A stretch of 64,000 bases of DNA from Macrostomum lignano (GCA_002269645.1 NIVC01002012.1:62001-126000), one strand, 5' to 3'; shown: positions 11,717 to 24,320, counted from the first letter of the stretch. Notes: a model not told the origin generated them from the sequence alone. Program-made: numbers and translations.

Positions 11717-14284
11717 CCCTAGATGAAGTTCTGTTCACTCATTCTTGGCAGATCTGTTCTTACTTAAATTTCTTAACAGATCTGTGAATTTTGGTTAACA
11801 TTCTTAACAGATCTGTTCTTACTTAAATCTCTTAGCAGATCTGTATCTGCTTTTGTCTTACAAGATCTTACTGCAAATCTTTGCAAGCCATTTTTTATTG
11901 TTTGGTACGTTAAAAACTTTCGTGATTTTTTAGAAAATACTTCTTAGATAAAGAGAAAACAAAATTTCCAACTGTATATCAGAAAAAAGACTTTCATATA
12001 TTTTCACATTTCTCTGCTGGATCTTGTCAGATCAGTTCTTGCAGATCTGTACAGACCAGTTTTGAAAAGTGTCTGAATTGTTTTTTTTCCTCAAAGTATT
12101 TAACTTAATAGTAATTACGTTTGTTTAATGATTTTTATTTATTTTAGTTGTTCTTTTGGCAGCCAACAGTAAATGAATTTGTTTAAATATTATTTCCGCA
12201 GTTCTGAACATAGTGCACCCTTATAGTTTGAATTCTCGCTCTTGCAATTTATCCATCCATCTCAGTTCTTTCTTTTGACTTAGCCGAATACGTAATTTTT
12301 AATTCCTTAAATTGTTTCATAGTGTAGTATCACTATTTTTTAGCCATAATAACTTTGTTGATTGAGTATAGCTATGGCTTTAAATGAAGAGCAGATCGCG
12401 TCATCAATTAAAAAAAAGTTTGACATAATTGACAGACTGACTATGACTATAAAATGTATGCTATATATATATCTATATCTATATATATATATATATCTCG
12501 AGGCTTGTCTCCTACTCCCAGGCCTATAAGTATGAGTAGGCCTAGGCCTATGACTTTGTTCTATGCTTTAATAAAAACAGAATGCATGTCTAGACCTAGC
12601 GATATTGTCCATTAATAATTCATTATTCCATTACCATTAATAATTCAGAAATTCAGTTACATAGATCAGTATTTTTGTAGTCTTTTGCATTTCATTATAT
12701 TATATTTATACATACATACCTAGTTCTAGCCCCTAGGCTAGGGCTAGGCTAGTTCTAGTGACCTAGCTAGTAAGTAAATCTTAATTAAATAGGTCTACTC
12801 TGTTTTTGTTTGTTTTATAAATGCTTATCTAGATTTATAAATAGGTAGACTGACATATCTGTAAAACTTGGTTTTAATCCCTCCTTGATTTTAAACACTT
12901 AGGTTAAGAGTGTAATGTCTACTTTTAGTAAATAGTGTTATAACTAGGCTTATCATTTTTATTTTAAAATAAAATAGGCCCTATTCTACTAAAAATTGTA
13001 ATTGCTATATAGGGTATAGTTTTTATGAATTAGAATTAAACCCGGATGCTTAAATATAGGCTTATGGTTGTTAGAAAGTTATCTTAAGCCTTGACCTACT
13101 ATTTGAAGAATATATATAGGCATATTAAAATCTAAAAGTATTTATGCTAGATAGGCCTAGATGAATAATATGAAAAATATAGAATAGAAGAAAAACATAG
13201 GTCTAAATTTAATTAAGACCATAGAACTTTTACAAAAGTTATTATTCTGACTATTTAAAAACATAACAACAATATTTGTTTTATATTTTAGTTATTTTGA
13301 ATTGAATATTAATGTTTATAATCCCAGAACTTTACTACAATTTTCCCTTTCATTGCAGCTACTTTACATGGTCAATATGGCATAACTACTTATGGGTTCC
13401 AAGCTTGTCTTTATACCAAGTGGCAAAGTGGCAAGCATCCTATGATTGCTAAAAGAAAAAATGAAGCCAGCCTAAAGTAAAAATGCAACATGATAAAGAG
13501 CTCTAAAGTATTACTAAGAGCTCTTATAGACCTACTTTTATTGATAACAAAGTAAGCTTTCTAGCAATATTGACTTTAAAATCTTTCAGTACTGGACTCT
13601 TTCAGTTTCAATTATTTGCAAACCAATTTAATTGTACATTGTAGTAAAAGATGCACCTGGTTTTTTTCAAATGTTTCTGCTTCTATTTTTTAGTTGCTAA
13701 AAGTATTGCTCACCCTAATTTCATTAGTCCATTGTACCATTAGTATTTCTTCTATTGAATGTGTGCTTAACTTTTGTTTTGAAGTTGACTTATTTTTTGC
13801 TTGTGCTATTTCCCTTGTGCATACAAGTTTTATTTCATGAGCATATGTGTATTTGTTTACATTTTCACAAATAAATATGTCTACTTTATTTTGATTGTTC
13901 AATGACATTTGCTTTTGTTCTGGCAGCTTACTAGGCCTAGCACAATACTAAAAGTGCAGAATCAAATAAGAAAGTCCTGTCATAACTCGTGTTCTTTATT
14001 GGAATTAGATTAGTGCATTGGGGTTTTATAAATGGATTACTAAACAGATCTGGGAAGATTTGATAAGACGGACAATGCATTCAATTGGTAAAGCTTAATA
14101 CATCTTACAAGATCTGCCCAGATCTTCTAAGATCTGCTTGTGCAGACCGTGCAAGATCTTCCTGCAGATCTTGTAAGTTCTGCCTATATATTTAAATAGT
14201 GCAGATCTGTTACGTTCTTGCAAGAACGTAGCGAGAAGCTCCAGACAGATCTGCTAAGAAATGGCATGACGATTTCATCTAGGG
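11717..14284. mobile_element. Non-autonomous TIR DNA transposon (CMC/EnSpm-like features) nested in the Gypsy 3' region
   Basis: Termini CCCTAGATGAA...TTCATCTAGGG flanked by TA/TA, with an imperfect TIR of ~40 bp. Many subterminal (C)AGATCT(G) motifs occur at both ends; the interior is AT-rich with no long ORF. Confidence 0.72.
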
Positions 14285-15114
14285 TAGCGTGCAAAATATT
14301 CCAACTGGTGGAATTTCAAACCAACCAGAGGAAATAAAATTCAACCAATGGAATTGAGCCATCACCCCCATGCACTCTAAGGTGGCACACAGAGTTGGGG
14401 TGGGCGCATGAATCAAGGAGTCATAAAATAGATAACCGCGCGGCAGGGGTCCAAAAATCAAAATGAATGAATGGGGCGCCTCACATGGCTCACAAACAGG
14501 CTAGCGGTTAGAGAGAGAGAAGGGGCCGAACAATCGCATAAACAGTAGTTTAGAAAAATAGTAAGAACATAGGTAGTTCCTAAAAATTAGAATAGCAGAT
14601 AGATATAGGCATAGTGACCGATTTAGAATTTGGATCTCCATAAGGAGTTACACAAAACGGCAAAAGGCACTGGGAAGGGGCTGGACAGGTGCTCTTACAA
14701 ATTTTCCCAGGCTCGGCTCGTCAGAACAAAGAAAAATGGGGGCCATTCACCTCAGATGCTCTGCTGAGGACAAGGCCTAGAGCCAGGGTGGCTAGACCTG
14801 ATCGGGGCAAACGACTGGGGCACCGGAGCAACATGGCTTGCAAAAAAATTAAAAGATACCTTCAGCCATAAGCAAGGACTGCAAGGTTTACAACTAAAAT
14901 AAAACTTCGCAAGTTAATGACACGCAATTGAGCAAAATTAATGAATCGCATGCGGATAAATAATTGTCGTGTAGGTGCTGGCTTTTCCATCAAGCCTAAG
15001 GCTAAATATCAGAACACAGGAGTGCGGGTCGCGTTGAATAAATATGACACCAATTGAGCATAAGCACAATGTACAAAGGCTTTTGACCGGAAAGCATAAG
15101 GAGCAGAAATTGTA

Positions 15115-15370
15115 AAAATTAGTTGCTTTTGCCCTCAAGCATAAGGAAAATACAGAAAATTAGTTGCTTTTTCCCTCAAGCATAAGGAAAGTACAGAAAA
15201 TTAGTTGCTTTTGCCCTCAAGCATAAGGAAAGTACATTGAGAAACACTGCTTTTTCCATCAAGCATAAGGAAACGGACAGAAAAATTAGTTGCTTTTATC
15301 CCTCAAGCATAAGGAAAGTACATTGAGAAACACTGCTTTTGCCATCAAGCATAAGGAAAGTACATTGAGC
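15115..15370. repeat. ~40-bp imperfect tandem repeat downstream of pol, inside the Gypsy element
   Basis: About 6 units around the core TGCTTTT(G/T)CC(C/A)TCAAGCATAAGGAAAGTACA. Confidence 0.85.
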
Positions 15371-15522
15371 GGGGAAAATTGAAAATCTGCTTTCAGCACC
15401 AAACAGGTGCAGAGAAAGCTTACAGCAAAATTTAATTCAGAATGCATTCGCAAACTTGACTACTCATAGTAATGCTTTTATTTAGCTATTAGGCACAATA
15501 ATAAATTGCTGGTAAATACCTT

Positions 15523-18500
15523 TTAGAGCTTCATCTCCATGCCAATGTCAGGCAAGTCTGGGTCGCCTTCGGCGAGCACCTCCGGGTGGCGCAAACTAGG
15601 CTCGAACAGCTGACTGCCTCGCAGGTCAGGCTGAACTGTGGCCGGCTGCTCTGGCGCGGGCTGATCGGCTGGGTCGACTTCGCTGTCTTTGCTCAACTCA
15701 TAGGGCAGCATTGGCCGCTCTGTCTGGCGTGGCGGCTCCTGTGGTCCATCTGCCATCATCTGCGGCACCTTGATGATGTTGTTACGATGAACTAGCATTT
15801 CAGCTGGGCGTCTTCGGCGGGCTGTCGCTGGCTTGATCCAATACGCCACTTCTCCGACTTTCCTGATGACCTTGTACATACTCTTGTATGGCTGGTGGAA
15901 CTTGGGCAGCTCTCCCAGTTCGAGCTTCGGGTTGGCCAGGCAGACCAAGTCTCCAGGCTGCAGCTCCACAGGCTTCGGCCGGTTCTCGTAGTACTCCTCT
16001 CGGCGCTGGATCTCGGTCCTCAGCCGCTGTCGCACAATTCGTTCTGTCTCGGCCAGTCTGCGCTGATGTTTGGCAATGTACTCCGGGAGATCAGCTGATA
16101 ACATCTAGTTGGTCTAGGGTGTTATCGATCGGATACCGGTAGGGCACTCCGTAGATGACATAATGCGGCGAAAACCCGGTTGTACGATTGACTGCTGATC
16201 TTAAAGCTGTTAAAGCGGCTGGCAACATCTTGTCCCATTGCTGATGGTCTTCTAGGAGACAGGTGAGCACCTTCTTGATGTTCTTATTGCACGACTCAGC
16301 TTGTCCATTGGCCCATGGCGAATATGGCGGCGTCGTGGTCTGCCGGATGCCGTAAACTTCGCAGAAGTGCCGGAACTTGTGTCCTGTGAACTGTTTCCCT
16401 TGATCGGAGTGAATCCATGCCGGGATTCCGGTGATCGGAAACACTTGTTCCTGCAGGAGCGTTATAATGGTCTTGGCCCGCTGATTCTTCATGGCGAAGG
16501 CGAAGGGGTATTTCGACGTAATGTCGACATAGGTCAGGATGTACTTGTTGCCTCGGTCTGTCGGGTCTCCAGTGGGGCCCAGAATATCAATCGCACATCG
16601 CCCATAGATTTCACAGACCGGAGACGATTGTACATGCAACAGAATTCGTCGCCGTCCTTTGCTCTGAGTGCAGGTCTGGCAGGAAGCAACATAGTCGGAC
16701 ACTGCCTTGGCCAGGGCAGGTCGCCAGAACCTTTCGCGCACCTTCGCGATGGTGAGGTCTCGGCCCATGTGTCCACAGTAGGGTGAACCGTGGAGGTCGG
16801 CGAACACCGTGGCGTCGAGGCTCTTCGGCAGGACGATCCGCGCCGTTTCCTCCTCGCCAATATCGTCAAAATGAATTACCAGTAGTCCATCGTCTCGGAC
16901 TTCAAGCTGCTCATAGAACGCTAGTAGGTTTCGTTCGTCTCGCGTCATATTCAAACGCTGATTCAGCGGCAGCTTCGGCTGTTGGCTTTCCAAAAGATTG
17001 ATCATCATGGCGATGGCAGAGTCAGCACGCTGGTGAGTCTGGAGCTCCTCACGTGTGACTGGCCTCGGGATGTGATCAGTTAGATTCAATGTTGAACGTC
17101 GATTAGTCAAATTAGTCGGCGCGGCTTCGGCTGTGGCGGCATGGTTCGGGGTCTGGAGCTCCCTCCACACAATCGCTACTCTGGCCAGTTGCGGGGTCGT
17201 TGATGTGCCCGAAGGTCGATCCTCGTCGGTAGCTTTGGCGTCACTGTTGTTGGATTCAGATCGGTCAGCAGTTGATGATGAGTCAGCAGAGCTGTCCGCG
17301 TCGCTGCTGAATCTCACCTTCTTCTCAAACTTTGGGCAACGAGTGGGTTGGCAGCTGTCCTCTCTGGCTGCGCTATGGTCGCTGTCCATGTCGTCCCCAG
17401 CTAGTAGTCGGCGGCTTCCCGACGGGCAACATGTCGTGCTATTGAAACTGGTAGGCGACCTCTGCAAGTCATCGTAATGGCTGGCTGATGGCCTCGGCTT
17501 CGTTGCCGGCGGGTGCAGCTCTGTCAGCGGCTTGCTGTCGGCTGTCGGTGTTGCTGGCGGCGTAGCCTCGCCGTTGGACTCCTTCGGCTTAGTCGGCAGT
17601 TTCCATCGCTTACGGCGGGTCGACGGCTTCTTGCTCGGTGGAGGACTAGGGTGGCTGCTGTCGTAGACCTTCAGCACCACTGCGCCAGTTATCGCGGCTG
17701 GCTGCTTACTTTGGTCCCCTTCAGCTGCCTCTCGCTGAGCCTCCTCCAAGCATTTGGCGTCGTCCTCCGGCCGTCTTGAGAGACTGTTGGCGTTTTGATG
17801 CTGACTCGATTTACGATGCTGGATCTCGAACTCAAATTCACTTAGCCGCTATAGCCATCATCCAAAAATGCCTATTTGTTAAGTTCGTCGGAGAATCCAG
17901 GTCAACGCTGCATGGTCGGTTCGACAAATGAACTTCTTGGCCAGCAGGTAGAAGCGGAAATGTCGCATGCCATCTACGACTGCCAAGAGTTCTTGCTTAG
18001 TAATTGGATATCGGGCTTCAGCCGGTTTAAGTCGCCGGGAGAAATAGCCAATTGGGCGCTCGATCCCGTCAGCTTGGCGTTGGCTCAGGCAGGCTCCGAT
18101 TCTGGTCGCAGAAGCATCCGTGTCCAGGATAAACATTACTTCCGGATCCTCGCTGAACTGCGGATACGCGAGCACTGATGTCGAAATCATGGCTGCTTTG
18201 AGCAGATCGAATGCGTCTTGCTAGGCTTTTCCCCATAGACAATTGAAATTTCTAATCTTCTTTTCCTTGATTAAGTCGTGGAGCGGAGCTGCAAGTTCTG
18301 CATAGCCAGGTACAAATTTTGCATAGTAAGCGCACGTGCAGACAAAACTTTTAAGTTGTTGAGCTGTTCTTGGTCTTGGCCAGGTCTGAATAGCCTCGAT
18401 CTTCGCCGGATCGGTCTTGATGCCGTCCTTAGTAACTACATGTCCCAGATAGTTTAGACTTGCCTGAAATAAATGGCACTTCCTGCCTTTGAACTTTAAG

Positions 18501-20340
18501 TTGGCCTCTTGAATTCGCTTAAATACTTCCTCCATATGCTGTAGATGGTCATTAAATTTCTTAGAATAGATGATTATGTCATCCAGGTAGGCTATTGCAC
18601 CTTTGTAGGCGATCCCGTTGAGCACAGCATTTATGAGGCACATGAAGCTGGCTGGCGCCAAACTTAATCCCATAGGCATCACATTGTAGGCAAATTGTCC
18701 GCGGTGCAGCGTGGCAAAGGCCGTCAGATCTTGATCCTCTGGATGCAGTGGAATCTGATAGTAGCCGCTATTGAGGTCGAACGTGCTGAATAGCTAGCTT
18801 CCTTCGAGGCTGGCGAATGCTTCTTGAATATTCGGTATCAGGTACAGAAAGTACTCGCACTTTTGGTTCAGACTCCTGAAGTCTTGTACAATTCTTAGGC
18901 TGCCGTCCTTCGGGATGATCACCAGCGGGGTGTTGTAGCTGGAGAAGCTCGGTCGAATCACGCCTTTGGCAAGCAGATCGTCAAGCAGCTGGTCCACCTT
19001 GGGCAGCAGATGCGGCGGAATCCTTCGGGTCGGCAGATGTACAGGATCCTTGTCCTTCAACACAATGTTGTGGGTGACCAGGTGAGTTTGGCCGAGATCG
19101 TGTGGCCCCTGCGAGAAGATGGTCTTGTACTTCTTCAATAGCTCGATGACTTAGCGCGCTGGTCATTGGACAAGTCCTCGCCAATGTCGATCTCTTTGAT
19201 CCAAGCGTCAGGATCTTCGTCTTGAACTTGATTAACTGAAGCTTCTGGCTTCGGCAGCGGAAAGAATTGTAACTCGGGCAGTCTGATTGGTCTAGCAATC
19301 CCAACTAGGGCATTCGCTTGCACTTTGATGGAAGTAGTGCCTTGATTGATCATCTCAATGGCGCCTTCTCCATTGGCCATAGATATTAAGGCAGGCGTGG
19401 CGTCCAGTTGCTGCACATCTTCTTCACGCCGAGCTGGTTTTAGCGGCTTGATCACAGCAGGTGTGCCCTGGTTTTCTTCTTGTCCTTTTGCTAGTTTAAT
19501 CTTGATTCGGGCTGATGATAACGGCGGCACGGTTGTGCTCTCAGCCATGTAGATTCTGCACGTAGTAGCTTCGGTTCGCGTATAGCGCAGTGGTGCGGCA
19601 GTGCCATCATACATGCGCAACCTTGGGAATCACCCGGCCGTTTCTAATGGCAACACGCACATGTAAGTCGCTATTGGCTGAGAGCAGTCACGTGACTACT
19701 ATTCCGTCCAATAGCGACTTACATGTGTGTGTTGCCAATAGAAACGGCCGGGTGAATCCCTAGGTTGCGCCCAAGCATGAGTGCCATCCTTGAAAAACAG
19801 CATCCCGGCGGCGAGATCCAGTGATGTACTGTACTTCTCCAGGAACTCAAAGCCCAGGATGTTGTCATGAGATCCCTTCGCTAGGAGGAACTTGACTGTA
19901 GGCTCGAAACTTCCAATTTTAACTTTGATTGATAGTTGGCCTGCCATTTGAATAGGCTCTCCATTGTAGGTCACAATGCGTTGCAGGCAGGGCTCGATTT
20001 GGCCACGCAGGGTCGGGTCATTGGTACATAGTCGGTGCCAGGTGCTGAATCCTAGGACTTTGCACTTGGAGCCGGTGTCAAGCAGAAAAGCAAAATAACG
20101 GCCCTGTATCTCACCAGTTAGAAACGGATCCCTTCGGGGTCGCTTGGGTGCAGATTTATGTATAGGTGCAGTGGAGGCAGTCTCAGCAGTGGCCTGCTGA
20201 GCGACTAAAGTCCTCGGCGGGGACCTTAGTGCTGGCTCGGCTGCTGGATGGCGCTGCCCGCGTTGGCGCATCCAGCCGTCCCGTTTCCCGAGCTGCTGTT
20301 GCGCTGGGGCGTGGTGCTGGCCGACCACCGGTGCGGGCAC
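15523..20340 (-). pseudogene. Gypsy pol (protease-RT-RNase H-integrase), interrupted
   Basis: Protease LLDTGS; RT IAYLDDIII; RNase H FILDTDAS and YPITKQELLA; integrase HHCC zinc finger, AIDILGP, HSDQG and NGQAES. Several TAG/TAA/TGA stops and frameshifts (for example ~19140, ~16100). Confidence 0.93.
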
Positions 20341-21629
20341 TCATTGGCGCGGTGCTCGCGATTGCACCTGTAACACATAGCGCTCTGTCGCCACAGCTGA
20401 TAGGGCGGCGGGCGTGAACCCGACTGTTGCTGCCGCTGCGGCTGCTGCTGCTGCTGCTGTCGACATTGACCTCCTGCTGGCGGCATCCTTGGCGGCGGGT
20501 TGCTGCCATCTCGTGGTTGCTGAAGTCGATGGAACTGCTCGTGCTGCACAATCCGTGTGCCGGGTGTCTTGAATTGGGCACTCTCATCGGCGCTGCGGCG
20601 AGGAGTCGAGGGCACCAAACATCTGTTGCGTTGGCCCCAAGAGTCCTGCGGCTGGTGGCGAGCAGATTCCCAATGCTCCTGGGTGTCATTATTGCGCGAT
20701 CCCAGCGAGTGGAACTCTTGCAGCTCATTGCTCAAAGCTTCTAGTAGACGTCGCTGCTCTTGCAGTGTCTCAGTTTGCTGTTCCATCACTTCACGCAACC
20801 AATTCTCCTCGGGCCAAGATGACTTGTCGTGTTGCACTCCAGTTGGTGACTGACCATCGTCATCCTCGAGAACCCGGACATGTCTCGCTGCTGGCGGTGG
20901 TGCTACCCTCTGAGCCAGACTAGCTGCTGTCTCCAGGCGTAGCACAGCCCTTCTCGCTGCAGTCAGATTCTGCAGTTGCGCCAGGATTAGCTGTTCTCTG
21001 GCTGACTGGGCAATTTGCACTCCCACAGTGAACTGGTCCACTAGCTCGGCCTGCTTCTGAACCGGGGTGAAGTGTGGGAACGCTCTATCGGCCAGAGCAA
21101 TTAATCGATCGCCGTAGTCATCCACACTCTCATTCTTGCCTTGCTGGCGGCACCGGAATTGCTCACGGTACTCCAGCGTATCGGCCACGTGCGTGTAGCG
21201 CTCAGACAATCTCTGCTTGAATTCGCCAAATGTCAGATTGTCCGGTAGTTCCATCCTAATGACTGCGGGATAGGTTGTGGCGATGTCCAAATTCACTAGG
21301 ACTTCCGCCTTCTTACATCTGTCGTCCACAATCCCGTTGAGTTTGCAACGCTCCTCGAGAGCCTAGATCCAGACATCAAAGTCCTGGTTCGGGGTGTACC
21401 GCAGAATTTTGACCGGTTTCGGCGCCGGAGCTCGGTCAGGCTGTTGGGGCGGCTGATACACGTGGTGATGGTGCTGCGGCTGTCCCAAGTTGGCCTGCTC
21501 CAGTCACCGTCTCACCTCTTCGGTCACTGCTCGAATCATCTCATTGTAGGTCGGCCTAGTAGTTGAGTTGTCGGGGCCCGCGGCGTCGGCTGTCGAATCC
21601 GCGGCCGTTGAGTTAGTTGTCGAAGCCAT
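20226..21629 (-). pseudogene. Gypsy gag with two premature stops
   Basis: ATG at 21629, in-frame TGA at 21504..21506 and TAG near 21363, then the capsid-like region (YREQFRCRQQGKNESVDDY) and the zinc knuckle CYRCNREHRANEC. Confidence 0.88.
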
Positions 21630-21675
21630 GACGTAAATTTTGAATGACTCGTTGAAAGGATTTTGGCGTTTCGTT

Positions 21676-21695
21676 ATCCCACTTAGCTGACACCA
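21676..21695 (-). promoter_or_regulatory. Primer-binding site (tRNA-Leu-like, with a 2-nt insertion)
   Basis: TGGTGTCAGCTAAGTGGGAT begins 1 nt after the 5' LTR. The canonical tRNA-Leu complement is TGGTGTCAGAAGTGGGAT. Confidence 0.8.
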
Positions 21696-21696
21696 A

Positions 21697-22580
21697 TGAG
21701 GTGGGGGTGGAGAAGAAAATAAAATTTTTGAAATTGTAAAAAAACTTAGGGTTTGTTGTCGGCACGTAAAGCCGGAAAATCGCACAAAATTGCTGCGCTG
21801 ATTCTTCTCCTAGGTTACTCCGTCTGCCGGGTCCTCAATTCCGGGGGGAGGGTAGTTGTAATCGCAGTTGAGCAGTCTAGTAGCAGCCCGAGTCGTTCAG
21901 AATGGGTCCTCAGACACCGTAAACTCGTAATTCGTCGAGATTGCTAGTTGTGTTACTCTCAGTAGTAAAGTAGCGCTGCCACCACTGTAAATGTTGTTTT
22001 ACGGAACATAGAGGGTCTCAGAGCTTTCTTCGAGATGAGACTGATTGGTTATTTTACGCCCCGCGGGCAAATGACTCAATAGAAACTAAAGGCTTCAATT
22101 CTGAACAACTGAATAAATATTAAATGTTGGTTGCGAACTTATTATTCTTTCGTTATTATTATTGTGGTTAGTTATTATAGCTACGTGAGATGAGCGAGAT
22201 AGGAGCAGAACGAAAAGGAGGAGAAGGGAGCAGGAGGAGAAGGAAAGGAATAAAAAAATGACTCCAAAGTTAACACAAATATAACAAATTGGCGTGGAGG
22301 ATCCCAGGGGTGGGACAGACGATGGGACAAGGGAAGGGACAATGATGGGAAACAAGGAAACCCGGCCGCTGGAAACATTAAAACAACAGGGGCCAAGGGA
22401 AGGAACAGAAAAGGGAACAGACGAGGGAGCAAAGGCGGGAACAACCAGGGGAACAAACCAGGGAACAAAATTAAAACATGACATCAATTCGTCATCCTAA
22501 GGAATTGGGTGGTACGTCCCGCCGTTGTCCGCGCTAGAGGCCTGCCATTGTTCACCCCAGTGGTAGACCGGCCTACCACA
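21697..22580 (-). repeat. 5' LTR of the Gypsy element
   Basis: Direct repeat of 9933..10815, followed by the TSD ATAA. Confidence 0.96.
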
Positions 22581-23714
22581 ATAACCCTAACCCTAACTTT
22601 TAATTTTCCTTTTACATCTTGATTCTTAGCTTTGTGATGGACATAGTATTTTACTTAGTGAAATTATGCTCTTATTATGTTATTTCATTAATATTAATAC
22701 CAATAACAGTATGATTGCATGGTTTTGATATTTTACTATGCAATTATGAGTAATCTAACTAGGAGGCTTTTCATATTACTGATTCCAGAATCAAAATTGG
22801 TTCGGATCTTCCAAGAAAAACAGCAGTATAACTATTTAATTCTGTTGAATGTTTGACTGCCTTAACAACCTCAGCACAATTTTTCACTTTCTTCTTGGCA
22901 ATTGTCCTTCAATAATAAAAACTTTATAGCACGTATCTCCCTCTAGTTATGGAGACAAAAAGTTATACTTCACAAATTGGTTCTGGTTCTGGAACTAGAA
23001 CAAGCAATATGAAAAGGCCCTAGCTATTATGATTTGTGCCTTTTCTTAGAAACAGTATTTTAAACAAGCAGTATACTTTTTTTAATGCTGACCTATTGAG
23101 TATACATGCGACTAATCTAGAGTAACTTCAATTTACATTTGAAACTATGCACACACTTTGACGAACTGACCAATTGACTATTTGACGAAAAGGCTTTTGA
23201 TGAAAAGGTTTTTGATGAAATGACCAGTCACCCATTAAGTGGCCTAATAGAAGTCATTGGCTTTCTTTCATTCAAATGAACTTGTCATTTCTTTAGATTG
23301 GGAAACAAATCTTGTTTACATAAAGAACCTTAGGTTTTTAGTCTTGGCTTATATATAGTTTAGTTTATATGTTGAAAAGGGCAAAGGTATAAGCCCCTAT
23401 ATAAATAAGAAGGTTGAGTATATAGATATAGCCATATAGGTATATATAACAATTGTTTTCTGATAGTCCTTATATTTTATAAATATAGACAAGCATCACA
23501 TGTTTTTTTATAGTATCTCTTCTAATTAAGTTATAAAATTCAGACATTATATATAGTCATTTTTAGAAAGAATAAATTGATAAAGAATTATATCAAATTC
23601 AAAATCATTTACTTCATTTGAAGTAAACATATATAATAGCTAAAAGTTGGTCAATTTTAAAACTTATTTAATACCTTTTTTCAACTTAGATCAAAAAGAA
23701 AATAGATATAAGCA

Positions 23715-24320
23715 TAGGTGGCATTGGCAATTGTGCAGTTTCATTCGCGAAATTATTTTTTGTTTAAATTTGAAAGTTCAAAACCAGAAAACAATAACAA
23801 CGATAAAAATTGATGTTTTAAACCATTCTAACAATTGTGGCAGAGACCATGGCAGCCATCAGGTCGCGCGCATTTAGCTCTAGTTGCGGTAGAGCATTTA
23901 CTGGCAGCACTTCATTCGGCGGAATTATCCACAAGGGTCTTGGTGGTTGTCCAGCCATAATACAATATGTTGTCCAAAAGAAAAAGCAGATATTAGCAGC
24001 TTCTCAGCTAAAGGGAAACAGTTCAAGTCCCTCCCCACTTGAGCCCCTTTCAATTTTTTAAACTATTTTTTCCATAGACAAATTGCATTTCAACTTTCAA
24101 GTATCATTAGAGTGTGGCAAGATTTAATGAAAAAAGTATATTAATAGAGCACCCATTTGCTTTAAAGTTCTGTGACCAGTGAGCTCTGGCACAGTCACTA
24201 GAATGGTTTAAAACATTGTTGTTATTGTTTTCTGGTTTCAAACTTTCAAATTTAAACAAGAAATAGTTTTGTGAATGAAACTGCACTATTGCCACATAGG
24301 TTAGATTAGTTGTTGTCTTT
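23715..24320. repeat. Imperfect inverted repeat (~140-bp arms, ~330-bp spacer), probable foldback/TIR remnant
   Basis: GTGCAGTTTCATTC...TTTAAATTTGAAAGTT...AAACCAGAAAACAATAACAAC...GTTTTAAACCATTCTA is present on + at 23740..23830 and on - at 24200..24290. Confidence 0.7.

Larger units (their letters stand above)
9933..22580 (-). mobile_element. Full-length but decayed Ty3/Gypsy LTR retrotransposon (12.6 kb including a nested insertion)
   Basis: Two LTRs of 883/884 bp with TG...CA ends, 4-bp TSD ATAA and a PBS. Domain order is gag-PR-RT-RH-IN on the minus strand, with multiple stops and frameshifts. Confidence 0.96.
9700..23232. mobile_element. Non-autonomous TIR DNA element (~0.88 kb) split by the Gypsy insertion
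   Basis: 8-bp TSD CATTAAGT (9692..9699, 23233..23240). Imperfect ~80-bp TIRs: GGTTCCAGGTCATTTTGTCAAA versus GGTGACTGGTCATTTCATCAAA, both with repeated TTCGTCAAA-like motifs. Confidence 0.75.

Noticed and set aside
13690-13908. 72-aa ORF as a transposase remnant of the nested TIR element
   Set aside because: No recognisable catalytic or family motif; too short to support.
22582-22597. Telomeric (TAACCC) repeats
   Set aside because: Only ~2.5 units, internal to a TIR element; not a telomere or healing site.
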